Source: Candidatus Adamsella avium (GTDB taxonomy: Bacteria > Cyanobacteriota > Vampirovibrionia > Gastranaerophilales > CAJFVJ01). From it: 64,000 nt of DNA. Under the pieces are notes generated by a model. The model was not told the DNA's origin. It made no database searches and was given only the letters and a program-made list of their open reading frames with translations. The DNA is taken from NCBI GenBank assembly GCA_904420445.1, contig CAJFVJ010000003.1, positions 255,090-319,089 on the forward strand, in the 5' to 3' direction. The position numbers and the translations under genes are program-made. The number at the start of each line of letters is the position of its first letter. Within the stretch, counting starts at the first letter, position 1. Positions 9,100-18,100 of this stretch are shown here, one piece after another.

Positions 9100-9975
9100 T
9101 CAGTTAACAGAGTTAAATCTGTCATTTATGTTTTTTATTCTTTTCATGATTCTGTTTATTATTGCCTGTGCGTACTCATCGCCATCACTCAGATTGAATT
9201 TAAGCGATGATAAAAACGCAACAATATCTCTAATCTCTTTTGTTGACATCTCTGCGCTGAACGCATTCAGAGCTTTTGTTGTAACATCGAGCATATAGAG
9301 TTTTTCCATATTATTATTCGTATACTCTTCTATGTTATAGACAATATCTGATATATGTTCAAAAAACTCCGGACCTAAAGAACGGGATAACACCTCAACA
9401 GCCACCAGCTTCGGGTTTAACTCGAGGGTTTTATCTTTGATAATATCCTTCAACATCTCATCAATATAAGAAGATTTTTTAGGGAGGATATTTATAAAAC
9501 GCTGCAGCAGCCTATCTGCCAGTTTATAGTCATTATCCTGTTTGCAGGCAGATATATAAATTTTTCTAAGAACATCTATATAATACTGCCAATCCGAAGC
9601 TTCATTATCTCTTAGGGCATCAACAATGCTTTCTGATGCAAGAATAAGCCCTTCTTTATTATCAAATGTTTCGTCCATAAGATAATCATCTTTGATTGTA
9701 TTATCTATAAATTTTGCCAAGACATAATGCTTTTTCTTATTGAGAAAAATCCCTGAAATGATTGTCTTCAACGTATCTTGATAGTTCTCATCAAATAAAG
9801 CATCTTCAAGTATTTCATATAAAAACCTGTTGTCTGATTTCAATACTGCTGTCAGAACAAACTGTCTTGCAGTATGGTCACCGTCTTGGACAATCCCCTC
9901 ATTCAGCTCATTAGCCATCTCACAGAGTTTTTGAAATTTTATTTGTGCATCTTCTAATATATCTTTTTCTTGCAT
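9100..9975 (-). CDS. Hypothetical all-helical protein, co-transcribed upstream of era
   Basis: 291 aa. No recognisable motif. A 12-nt gap separates it from era. Confidence 0.6.
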   Translation of the reverse strand: MQEKDILEDAQIKFQKLCEMANELNEGIVQDGDHTARQFVLTAVLKSDNRFLYEILEDALFDENYQDTLKTIISGIFLNKKKHYVLAKFIDNTIKDDYLMDETFDNKEGLILASESIVDALRDNEASDWQYYIDVLRKIYISACKQDNDYKLADRLLQRFINILPKKSSYIDEMLKDIIKDKTLELNPKLVAVEVLSRSLGPEFFEHISDIVYNIEEYTNNNMEKLYMLDVTTKALNAFSAEMSTKEIRDIVAFLSSLKFNLSDGDEYAQAIINRIMKRIKNINDRFNSVN

Positions 9976-10067
9976 AAAAAATTTTCCTTCTTTGTAGAAT
10001 TTATTTAATTATACATAAAAAGGCATATATGAAGAATATTCATTCAACAAATTTCTAAAAATAAAGA

Positions 10068-10313
10068 CTAAGCTATTTTTTCAAAATGTAAGCCTTTTAT
10101 TCTCATGGATGTTTCAAAAGATTCATCTTCTTCATCAGGCATATCAACTTCAACAAACTGGTTGCCCAGTCCTATTCCTTCCATAATAAGTCCGTAATCA
10201 TCAGCATCTTTTGAGAGAGAAATCAAATCAGACTTATCTTCCTTATTTGTCGGAACTTCAACCCTGTATTTTCCTCTAAAAGACATCAAAGGATTTATTG
10301 CATCTATCATCAT
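10068..10313 (-). CDS. Hypothetical small acidic protein (N-terminal LMSFRGKY motif)
   Basis: 81 aa with an RBS AAGGAAGGGA. Confidence 0.5.
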   Translation of the reverse strand: MMIDAINPLMSFRGKYRVEVPTNKEDKSDLISLSKDADDYGLIMEGIGLGNQFVEVDMPDEEDESFETSMRIKGLHFEKIA

Positions 10314-10479
10314 AGCTCATCCCTTCCTTTCACGCTGAATAAAGTTTGTAAAAAAATAAATTTGCTATAAATCGTAAAATCTTAATATTTTCTTTGTTTT
10401 ATTTAATCTTTTTAATTTTAGCTCTATAATTATATCAGATATTTGAATAAATTTATATACAAAAAAGAGGGACGGAATT

Positions 10480-11859
10480 ATGGCGGAACAAATCATCGAT
10501 GATGGTCTTATACAGGAGTTAATGAACAAAAAACCAAAGCAAGGCGAAGTTGAAGAAATCCTCAATAAAGCTCTTCATATGAAAGGAATTTCTCTCGAAG
10601 AATCTGCCAAGCTGCTGAATGTTGAGGATGATGCACTTCTCGATAAAATTTTCAAAGCGGCGAAAGAACTCAAAGAGCTGATTTACGGCAAAAGAATTGT
10701 TCTTTTTGCCCCGCTGTATGCAAGCAATTATTGTTCAAACAACTGTGTCTACTGCGCTTTCAGACGTGATAACAAAGTAACAAAAAGAGTCCACCTCACT
10801 CCTGAAGAAGTTGTTGAAGAAGCAAAAGCCATAATGAAACTCGGACATAAAAGAATAGTCCTCCTGACTGGTGAAGACTACAAACTTGCAGGTCTTGACT
10901 ATATTCAGGAAATCATGGACAGAATTTATCATGAAAAAGCTTTCAAAGGCGAAATCAGACGTATTAACATCAACATAGCCCCTTTAAGCGTAGAAGACTT
11001 CAGACGTCTGAACACTTTCGGTATCGGGACCTATCAGCTCTTTCAGGAAACATACCACAAACCGACTTACATACAGGCACATCCGGCAGGTAAAAAATCG
11101 AACTACGAATGGCGTCTTGAAGCTATGGACAGAGCAATGGATGCAGGTATCAACGATGTAGGCATAGGACCTCTCTTCGGGCTTGCTGATTACAAATACG
11201 AAACTCTTGCAACACTTATGCATGCCGCTCACCTCGACAAAAAATACGGCTGCGGACCTCATACCATCTCTGTCCCGAGAATAGAGCACGCTGAAGGTGT
11301 TGCCTTCTCAGATAACCCGCCTGCTGCCATGACTGATAAAGACTTCAAAAAACTGGTCGCTGTCTTGAGATTATCCGTTCCTTATACGGGCATGATTCTA
11401 TCAACAAGAGAAACCCCTCAGCTGAGAAGAGAGCTGCTTGAACTAGGCATATCTCAGATAAGCGCCGAATCAAAAGTTAACCCGGGCGGCTACAAGGTTT
11501 ATAAAGACTGCACTGAACAATTTGAGATGGCTGACCACAGAAGTGTTTCCGAAGTAATTATGGAATTGATTGAACATGGTTATACCCCGAGTTTTTGTAC
11601 TGCCTGCTATAGAAAAGGAAGAGTCGGAAAAGACTTCATGGATCTTGCAAAACCGGGGCTAATCAAAAGATTCTGCAACTCGAATGCCCTTCTCACTTTC
11701 AGAGAGTTTCTCGATGATTATGCCCCATCTGATGTCAGAGAAGCCGGCATAAAACTAATTGAACAGCGTGTATCAGAAATAGAAGATGCAAATATACAAA
11801 AGAACGTAAGAGAAAAGCTATCTAAAATAGCCGCAGGAGAAAGGGATATCTACATCTAA
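10480..11859 (+). CDS. hydG: [FeFe]-hydrogenase maturase HydG (radical SAM tyrosine lyase)
   Basis: 459 aa. It has the radical-SAM motif CSNNCVYC and a C-terminal CTAC-X22-C motif. I counted 22 residues between the second and third Cys, which matches the HydG-specific CX2CX22C signature that ThiH lacks. Confidence 0.88.
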   Translation: MAEQIIDDGLIQELMNKKPKQGEVEEILNKALHMKGISLEESAKLLNVEDDALLDKIFKAAKELKELIYGKRIVLFAPLYASNYCSNNCVYCAFRRDNKVTKRVHLTPEEVVEEAKAIMKLGHKRIVLLTGEDYKLAGLDYIQEIMDRIYHEKAFKGEIRRININIAPLSVEDFRRLNTFGIGTYQLFQETYHKPTYIQAHPAGKKSNYEWRLEAMDRAMDAGINDVGIGPLFGLADYKYETLATLMHAAHLDKKYGCGPHTISVPRIEHAEGVAFSDNPPAAMTDKDFKKLVAVLRLSVPYTGMILSTRETPQLRRELLELGISQISAESKVNPGGYKVYKDCTEQFEMADHRSVSEVIMELIEHGYTPSFCTACYRKGRVGKDFMDLAKPGLIKRFCNSNALLTFREFLDDYAPSDVREAGIKLIEQRVSEIEDANIQKNVREKLSKIAAGERDIYI

Positions 11860-11861
11860 AT

Positions 11862-13631
11862 ATGACAAAACGCATAAAACTCTTAGATAAAAACCTATCA
11901 AACAAAATAGCAGCCGGTGAAGTAATCGAAAGGCCTTCATCTGTCGTGAAGGAACTTGTCGAAAACTCAATCGACGCAGGCGCTAAAAAAATAGAGATAA
12001 AAATCTCTAACGACTGCCGTGATATAAGAGTCGCAGACAACGGCTCAGGTATCGTCAAAGAGGATATTACGCTTGCGTTCTTAAGACACGCAACAAGCAA
12101 GATATCAACAGAAAAAGACCTCTTTGAAATATCTACTCTTGGTTTCAGAGGCGAAGCCCTTGCAAGCATTATATCAATAGCAAAACTCACCTGTATAACA
12201 AAAACCGCAGATGATGAAACAGGAACCAAGGTAGAATGTGCTGACTCTGATGTAAAAACATCTCCGATAGGCTGCGCAACAGGAACAATTATGGAAGTAA
12301 AAGACCTCTTCTACAACACTCCTGCCCGCCTGAAATTTCTCAAAACATCAAGAACAGAATATTCTCTCATCCTCGAATTAATGCAAAATCTTGCACTTGC
12401 AAACCCTTCGGTGTCTTTTACTCTTGAAAACAACGGGCATACCTCTCTCAAGACAACCGGCAGCGGAGATATTTCAACAACTCTGAGCGAAATATATTCC
12501 CCTGACCTTATGTCTGAGCTGAATAAAATTGAAAAAACAGACGAACTATCAGGGCTTAATGTTATCGGCTACACAAGCAGCCCTGAATTTGTCAGGTCAA
12601 ATAAGCGAGCTGTCTACACTTTCCTGAACAACAGAACGGTAAAATGCCCGATTATGCAAAAGGCTATCACAACAGCTTACGAAGAGATGATACCCCGGGG
12701 GAAATACCCTTTCAGTGCTGTATATCTATCAATTCCTCTTGATCAGGTCGATATCAACGTCCATCCCGCCAAAAGAGAAGTCAGATATATCAACCCGAAT
12801 CAGATTTTCAATTTCGTCTACTCAGCTGTTAAAGAAGCTCTGACTGAACTGCCGAAAGTTCAGCAGCAGGAAGAGAATGATACCGGTATTTTTGAAGAGC
12901 CTCAGCAAAAAGAAACTTTCTTTTCTTCTCCAAAAGTCTACACACCAAAGACAGATACAAGTTTTCAGCCGAGTTTCATAAACTTTAGCAAAATGAAAGA
13001 AACTTTGCCTGCTTACGTGGAACCGGCAGCAAGAATTGAAGTACAACCAGCAGACACAAAAGAGGAAGAACCTCAAACACCTTTTCGACTCATCGGACAA
13101 TATGCTAATACATATATTCTCATCGAGATGGATAACTCCCTGCAAATAATAGACCAGCATATAGCACATGAGAGATATCTCTATGAAAAACTTCTCGAAA
13201 CAAAAGACTACTCATCTCAAATACTTTTATTATCGGATATAATCGAACTAGAACCTCAGGATGTAAGTCTTATAGAACAAAATCAAGAATTACTCGAACA
13301 ATACGGATATCAAATACATATCATCAGCGATAAAGAGGTTATGTTCAAAAAAATACCTCAGATGCTTTCAAACAAAGACCAGAAATCGCTTTTGCAGGAT
13401 ATTCTCAAAGCACTTCACTCATCATTCGAAAAAGCAGGGAACGAAATTCTCATCTCAACAGCATGCCATAGCGCAATCAAAGCAAATGAGCCGCTTACCC
13501 ACAAACAGATGAGCGATTTGATTTCTCTATGGCTGACGACAAAACATCCGAAAACCTGCCCCCATGGACGTCCGATTGTCCATGTAATTCCTCATAAACA
13601 GCTTGCAGGATACTTCTTGAGAAATAATTAA
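11862..13631 (+). CDS. mutL: DNA mismatch repair protein MutL
   Basis: 589 aa with the GHKL ATPase N-terminus LSNKIAAGEVIERPSSVVKELVENSIDAG. Confidence 0.95.
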   Translation: MTKRIKLLDKNLSNKIAAGEVIERPSSVVKELVENSIDAGAKKIEIKISNDCRDIRVADNGSGIVKEDITLAFLRHATSKISTEKDLFEISTLGFRGEALASIISIAKLTCITKTADDETGTKVECADSDVKTSPIGCATGTIMEVKDLFYNTPARLKFLKTSRTEYSLILELMQNLALANPSVSFTLENNGHTSLKTTGSGDISTTLSEIYSPDLMSELNKIEKTDELSGLNVIGYTSSPEFVRSNKRAVYTFLNNRTVKCPIMQKAITTAYEEMIPRGKYPFSAVYLSIPLDQVDINVHPAKREVRYINPNQIFNFVYSAVKEALTELPKVQQQEENDTGIFEEPQQKETFFSSPKVYTPKTDTSFQPSFINFSKMKETLPAYVEPAARIEVQPADTKEEEPQTPFRLIGQYANTYILIEMDNSLQIIDQHIAHERYLYEKLLETKDYSSQILLLSDIIELEPQDVSLIEQNQELLEQYGYQIHIISDKEVMFKKIPQMLSNKDQKSLLQDILKALHSSFEKAGNEILISTACHSAIKANEPLTHKQMSDLISLWLTTKHPKTCPHGRPIVHVIPHKQLAGYFLRNN

Positions 13632-13704
13632 ACTTTTTAGGGATTAAAAGCTCAAATGCCTTATTTATAATAATTAAAAATTATTTTCGAATAAGGATAA
13701 AAAA

Positions 13705-15066
13705 ATGAGCTACGAAAACGAACATCTTGTCATAATAGGCGCAAGCGCAGCAGGCGCAAAAGCAGCCGCCAAAGCAAAAAGAGATTACCCGGGGCTGAAT
13801 ATTTCAATGTTTACAAAAGAAAAATACACCTCTTACTCTGCCTGCGGAATGCCATATTATTTGAAAGGAGAAATCAAAACACTCGAAGAACTCCTTGTCA
13901 GAACACCTGAGGAATTCAGAAAATCAGGCATAAATGTTTTTACCCATCATGAAATTCTTGATATAAACCCTGCAAAAAAAACAATCTTTGCCAAAAATCT
14001 CCAAACACAAAAAATATTCGAATATCCTTATACAAAACTGCTCATCGCAACTGGAGCAAAATCAATTACTCCGAACATAGAAGGAATAAACTACAATAAT
14101 ATATTCCAAATAAGGACTCTTCAGGATACCATAAACATCAAAAATGCAATGAAAAAAGCAAAAACAGCAGCAATCGTCGGCATAGGTTACGTCGGTCTTG
14201 AACTTGCAGAAGCTTTTACTTATCAAGGGCTGAATACAAAAATCATAGAAAAAGATTCCCACATCATGAACCATCTCGATGATGATATGAGCGACTTATT
14301 GCTTGACTACACAGAAAAAATACCTAATATACAGACCTACATAAATGCACATATAAGAAGATTTATCCCTGATAACTCGGGCAACGTAAAACAAATAGAG
14401 CTTAAAAGCGGGCATATAATCGATGTAGATATGGTAGTCATTGCAATAGGCGTGGAACCGGAATCAAAACTTGCAAATAGTATAAATCTTGAACTGGGAC
14501 CTACAGGGGCAATCAAAGTTAATGAATATATGCAGACAAGCATAAAAGACATCTTTGCTGCGGGTGACTGTACGGAAAAAACACACCTTGTAACGCAAAG
14601 ACCCGTATTTATACCTCTTGGAACAACTGCAAACAAAGAAGGGAGAATAGTAGCTCAAAACCTGTTCGAAAACAAATATCCCTTCAAAGGAGTAATAGGT
14701 GCCGCAATTACAAAATTCTATGACTTCAAAGCGGCAATAGCAGGACTTGGAGAAGAAGAGGCTGCAAAAAATAATATAAATTATAAAAGTATCGTAATCT
14801 CTGATATAGATATGTCAGGTTATATGCCTGAAGCAAAGAAAATCACAATGAAGCTCGTTTCAGCAAAAAACAGCAATCGAATTCTAGGCGCTCAAATAGT
14901 CGGAGAAGGAAATGTCACCCAAAGAATAAACGCCATTGCAACAGCAATAAGCCATGGTATGACACTCGATGATTATCTCAAAACGGATTTGCCATACGCC
15001 CCTCCCTTCTCAACATCTATCGATATAACCCTCACTGCCGCACAGCTTCTTAAAGAAAAAGTTTAA
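13705..15066 (+). CDS. FAD-dependent pyridine nucleotide-disulfide oxidoreductase (NADH oxidase / CoA-disulfide reductase type)
   Basis: 453 aa. It has the N-terminal GASAAG dinucleotide fold and a single redox Cys in the context SYSACGMPYY. Confidence 0.85.
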   Translation: MSYENEHLVIIGASAAGAKAAAKAKRDYPGLNISMFTKEKYTSYSACGMPYYLKGEIKTLEELLVRTPEEFRKSGINVFTHHEILDINPAKKTIFAKNLQTQKIFEYPYTKLLIATGAKSITPNIEGINYNNIFQIRTLQDTINIKNAMKKAKTAAIVGIGYVGLELAEAFTYQGLNTKIIEKDSHIMNHLDDDMSDLLLDYTEKIPNIQTYINAHIRRFIPDNSGNVKQIELKSGHIIDVDMVVIAIGVEPESKLANSINLELGPTGAIKVNEYMQTSIKDIFAAGDCTEKTHLVTQRPVFIPLGTTANKEGRIVAQNLFENKYPFKGVIGAAITKFYDFKAAIAGLGEEEAAKNNINYKSIVISDIDMSGYMPEAKKITMKLVSAKNSNRILGAQIVGEGNVTQRINAIATAISHGMTLDDYLKTDLPYAPPFSTSIDITLTAAQLLKEKV

Positions 15067-15128
15067 AAACAAATTTATTCCTGATAAAATTATAAATGTT
15101 TTCATAAAAGTTTTATGAGGAAAAGAAA

Positions 15129-15842
15129 ATGGCAACACTCGGATTGAATATAGATCACGTGGCAACAATCAGACAGGCAAGAGGAGGCAATGACCCTGAT
15201 CCTATAGCTGCTGCCTGCATGGCTGAACTAGCTGGAGCAGAAGCAATCACAGTCCACCTGAGAGAAGACCGCAGACATATTCAGGATAGAGATGTCAGAT
15301 TGCTCAAACAAATTTTGAAAACACGCCTCAATCTTGAGATGGCGGCAACAGAAGAAATACAAAAAATAGCTCTCGAAATACTTCCTTACAGCTGCACGCT
15401 TGTACCTGAAAAAAGACAGGAAATAACAACAGAAGGCGGACTTGATGTCGCCTCAAACCTTGAATATATGACCAAATTCACAAAAACTCTCAACGATAAA
15501 GGGATTATCGTCAGCATGTTTATAGACCCAGATTCAACCCAGATAGAAGCAAGTGCTAAAGCAGGAGCCCAATTTATCGAGCTGCATACTGGACAATACG
15601 CTGAAAAATTCAACACTCCAGATGAAGAAAAAGAACTCAACAAACTCATAGAAGCGGCAAAACTGGCAAAAAAACTCAGCCTAAAAGTCAACGCAGGACA
15701 CGGTTTGAACTACTTCAACGTAAAACCAGTAGCATCAATAGAAAACATGGTTGAGCTGAACATCGGGCACAGCATAATCTCAAAAGCAGTATTTGTAGGT
15801 CTTGATAGAGCCGTAAGAGATATGATAAGCCTTATCAAATAA
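15129..15842 (+). CDS. pdxJ: Pyridoxine 5'-phosphate synthase
   Basis: 237 aa with the PdxJ signature [17 protein letters not shown]. Confidence 0.95.
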   Translation: MATLGLNIDHVATIRQARGGNDPDPIAAACMAELAGAEAITVHLREDRRHIQDRDVRLLKQILKTRLNLEMAATEEIQKIALEILPYSCTLVPEKRQEITTEGGLDVASNLEYMTKFTKTLNDKGIIVSMFIDPDSTQIEASAKAGAQFIELHTGQYAEKFNTPDEEKELNKLIEAAKLAKKLSLKVNAGHGLNYFNVKPVASIENMVELNIGHSIISKAVFVGLDRAVRDMISLIK

Positions 15843-16068
15843 ATATTTGATATATACTTGAGGCGAAATATTAAGTTATGTAAAAACAAATTTTTATCCT
15901 TATAAAATTCTGAAAAGAGGCATTTTTACAAGGATTAAGAGAAAAATACATATACATAAAAAACCAATTTTATGTTATATACTTTAAATATACTATCAAA
16001 TTTTTTCTATAACACGTTTTAAAGCATTTACGACAAATTTTGAAAAATTAAGAAGAGGGCAGTTTATA

Positions 16069-16344
16069 ATGTCGGGCGGTAGAAATTCAAAATCAATAAG
16101 CTCACTCAACGCTGAGAATAAATTGATTAAAAATATAACAGATATAAATCTCCAGCAAAACAATTCATATTTTTCAAATATGGAGAATAATGTTATATCT
16201 GATCTTGCACGCTTTGAAAAAAGCCCCTCACTCATCATAAAATCAGATATGGTCTTTGAAAAAGCACTCGAACAAGGTCAATCCTACGAAGAAGCCGTAA
16301 TAGCGCAAACTTATTTCGCTGATGAGTTCGATGTTTTTTTTTGA
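16069..16344 (+). CDS. Hypothetical protein
   Basis: 91 aa with a weak RBS AGAGGG. I prefer it to the overlapping minus-strand ORF 15996..16238, which has no RBS and an unnatural composition. Confidence 0.35.
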   Translation: MSGGRNSKSISSLNAENKLIKNITDINLQQNNSYFSNMENNVISDLARFEKSPSLIIKSDMVFEKALEQGQSYEEAVIAQTYFADEFDVFF

Positions 16345-16549
16345 AAATTTTTTCAAACGTTATATCTTTAAAAGATTTCAAAAATAAAAAACAAAAAGCT
16401 GATTAATAATATATAAACAATTATATATTATTACAAAATATTTACATTTCATTTTTGCCATAAATGCAGTAAAATAAAGCATAATGCAAATTTATTATGT
16501 ATATATTTAAAAGATTTAAATATATACTGGCAATTATTTTAAATATATC

Positions 16550-16697
16550 GTTTTTATATATACATAAAGAAAATAAAAAATCCTCCCCAAAAATTTAACC
16601 AAATAAAAAAGTTCTTAATATAGATATAATTATTAAGAAATATTACAGCAATTTTATAATGCCAAACACCTTATTCATAAAGGTTTTGGCATTTTTG
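16550..16697 (+). other. Promoter-plus-leader relic of the hairpin-protein gene cassette / candidate small RNA
   Basis: The exact 15-mer gtttttatatataca (16550-16564) recurs at 16753 and 17503. Leader-like sequence follows (ataaaaaat...tttaaccaaat), with the SD position degraded. A terminator at 16659-16697 (atgccaaacacctt / aaggttttggcat plus T-run) resembles the one after 16835..17230. Confidence 0.35.
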
Positions 16698-16834
16698 CAT
16701 TATAAATGATATATAACAGAGATATAAAATTAGCACTTTTCTAAAAGAAAAAGTTTTTATATATACAAGAGGAGTAAATTTAAATCTCACTTATCACATT
16801 TACCACATTTTAATTAGGGAAAAGGAGTTACACT

Positions 16835-17230
16835 ATGGGATACGCAATGTTTAGTTCCAGGGAAATTATGCTCGTAAGCCAGATTAATGACTTGCAGTAT
16901 AGATTGACCGAATTGACGATGAAACAACAGGATTTATCACAAATGAGCAGTGCTTACACTACACAAGCTCAAACTTACTACAACTTTACTACAGGACAGA
17001 TGGATCAGGATGCACTTGATGAAGCAATCAACAACGCATCTCCGGGAACAAATGTAAATTCTCTACAGGATCCAAACGCTACACTGCAGCAAATAAGCAA
17101 TGCTGAAAAACAAATCGAGATGGAATCAAAACGACTCCAAACTCAACTTCAAGCTAAGCAAACCGAATTAGAAGCTATTTCTCAAGGCAAAGAACAGGGC
17201 ATCAAAAACGCTACACCTAAGTACGCTTAG
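16835..17230 (+). CDS. Hypothetical helical-hairpin protein, paralog 1 (conserved MGYAMF N-terminus and EQGIKNATPKYA C-terminus)
   Basis: 131 aa with a strong SD AAAGGAG 7 nt upstream. It is about 80% identical to 17596..17991, with many synonymous differences, and has its own terminator. Confidence 0.85.
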   Translation: MGYAMFSSREIMLVSQINDLQYRLTELTMKQQDLSQMSSAYTTQAQTYYNFTTGQMDQDALDEAINNASPGTNVNSLQDPNATLQQISNAEKQIEMESKRLQTQLQAKQTELEAISQGKEQGIKNATPKYA

Positions 17231-17417
17231 TAAGAAATAACGTATAATATTTCAGGTTTATAACCGAACGTACACAACACTTATGGTTAATACCGGTTGG
17301 TTAGCAACGACCAATTCAGAGAGTTGCAAACCGGCTGCAGGTATCTGAATCACTGTTATTTCAATGTGCTCAGATGTTTAACTTCCGTACTTGATTGAAA
17401 TGTTAAGAAATGTGACA

Positions 17418-17459
17418 ATCGCCAAATATCTTGTTACACAAGAAGTTTGGCGATTTTTT
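17418..17459 (+). terminator. Rho-independent terminator of paralog 1
   Basis: Stem atcgccaaatatcttgt / acaagaagtttggcgat, followed by TTTTTT. Confidence 0.8.
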
Positions 17460-17595
17460 CGTTTTTATGGCAAACATTTTTAGCAACTTTAAAAAGTATA
17501 TTGTTTTTATATATACAAGAGATAAAAAATATCAAACCACATTTCTAAGTCACACATTTTTAACCACAAATTAATTAGAGAAAAGGAGTTACATT

Positions 17596-17991
17596 ATGGG
17601 CTACGCAATGTTTTGTTCAAGAAAGATCATGCTCGTCAACCAGATCAATGATCTTCAGTATCGTTTAACAGAATTAACGATGAAACAACAGGATTTATCA
17701 CAACTGAGCAGTGCTTACACTACACAAGCTCAATCTTATTACAACTTCACAACCGGTCAGATGGATCAAGCAGCATTAGATAAGGCTATCGCAGATTCTT
17801 CACCAAATTCTGGAGTAAACTCATTCCAGGATCCTGAAGCAAACCTCAAGAAAATAAGCAACGCAGAAAAACAAATTGAGATGGAATCAAAACGTCTTCA
17901 AACACAATTGCAAGCAAAACAAACCGAATTAGAAGCCGTTGAAAAAGGTGAAGAACAGGGCATCAAAAACGCTACACCTAAATACGCTTAA
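17596..17991 (+). CDS. Hypothetical helical-hairpin protein, paralog 2
   Basis: 131 aa. The SD and the upstream 15-mer are identical to those of paralog 1. Confidence 0.85.
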   Translation: MGYAMFCSRKIMLVNQINDLQYRLTELTMKQQDLSQLSSAYTTQAQSYYNFTTGQMDQAALDKAIADSSPNSGVNSFQDPEANLKKISNAEKQIEMESKRLQTQLQAKQTELEAVEKGEEQGIKNATPKYA

Positions 17992-18071
17992 TAAGCAGTA
18001 ATCTGAAAATAGCTGCGTACTAATTCAAAATATTGCAAAATGTGACCATAATATCTCTAAATATATAAAAA

Positions 18072-18100
18072 AGAGAATGCTATCTAGCATTCTCTTTTTC
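18072..18100. terminator. Bidirectional terminator overlapping the lgt stop codon
   Basis: Stem agagaatgc / gcattctct, with an A-run before and a T-run after. Confidence 0.7.

Noticed and set aside
15996-16238. An 80-aa minus-strand ORF overlapping 16069..16344.
   Set aside because: It has no RBS and a hydrophobic low-complexity composition. The plus-strand ORF is only weakly supported itself but looks more protein-like.
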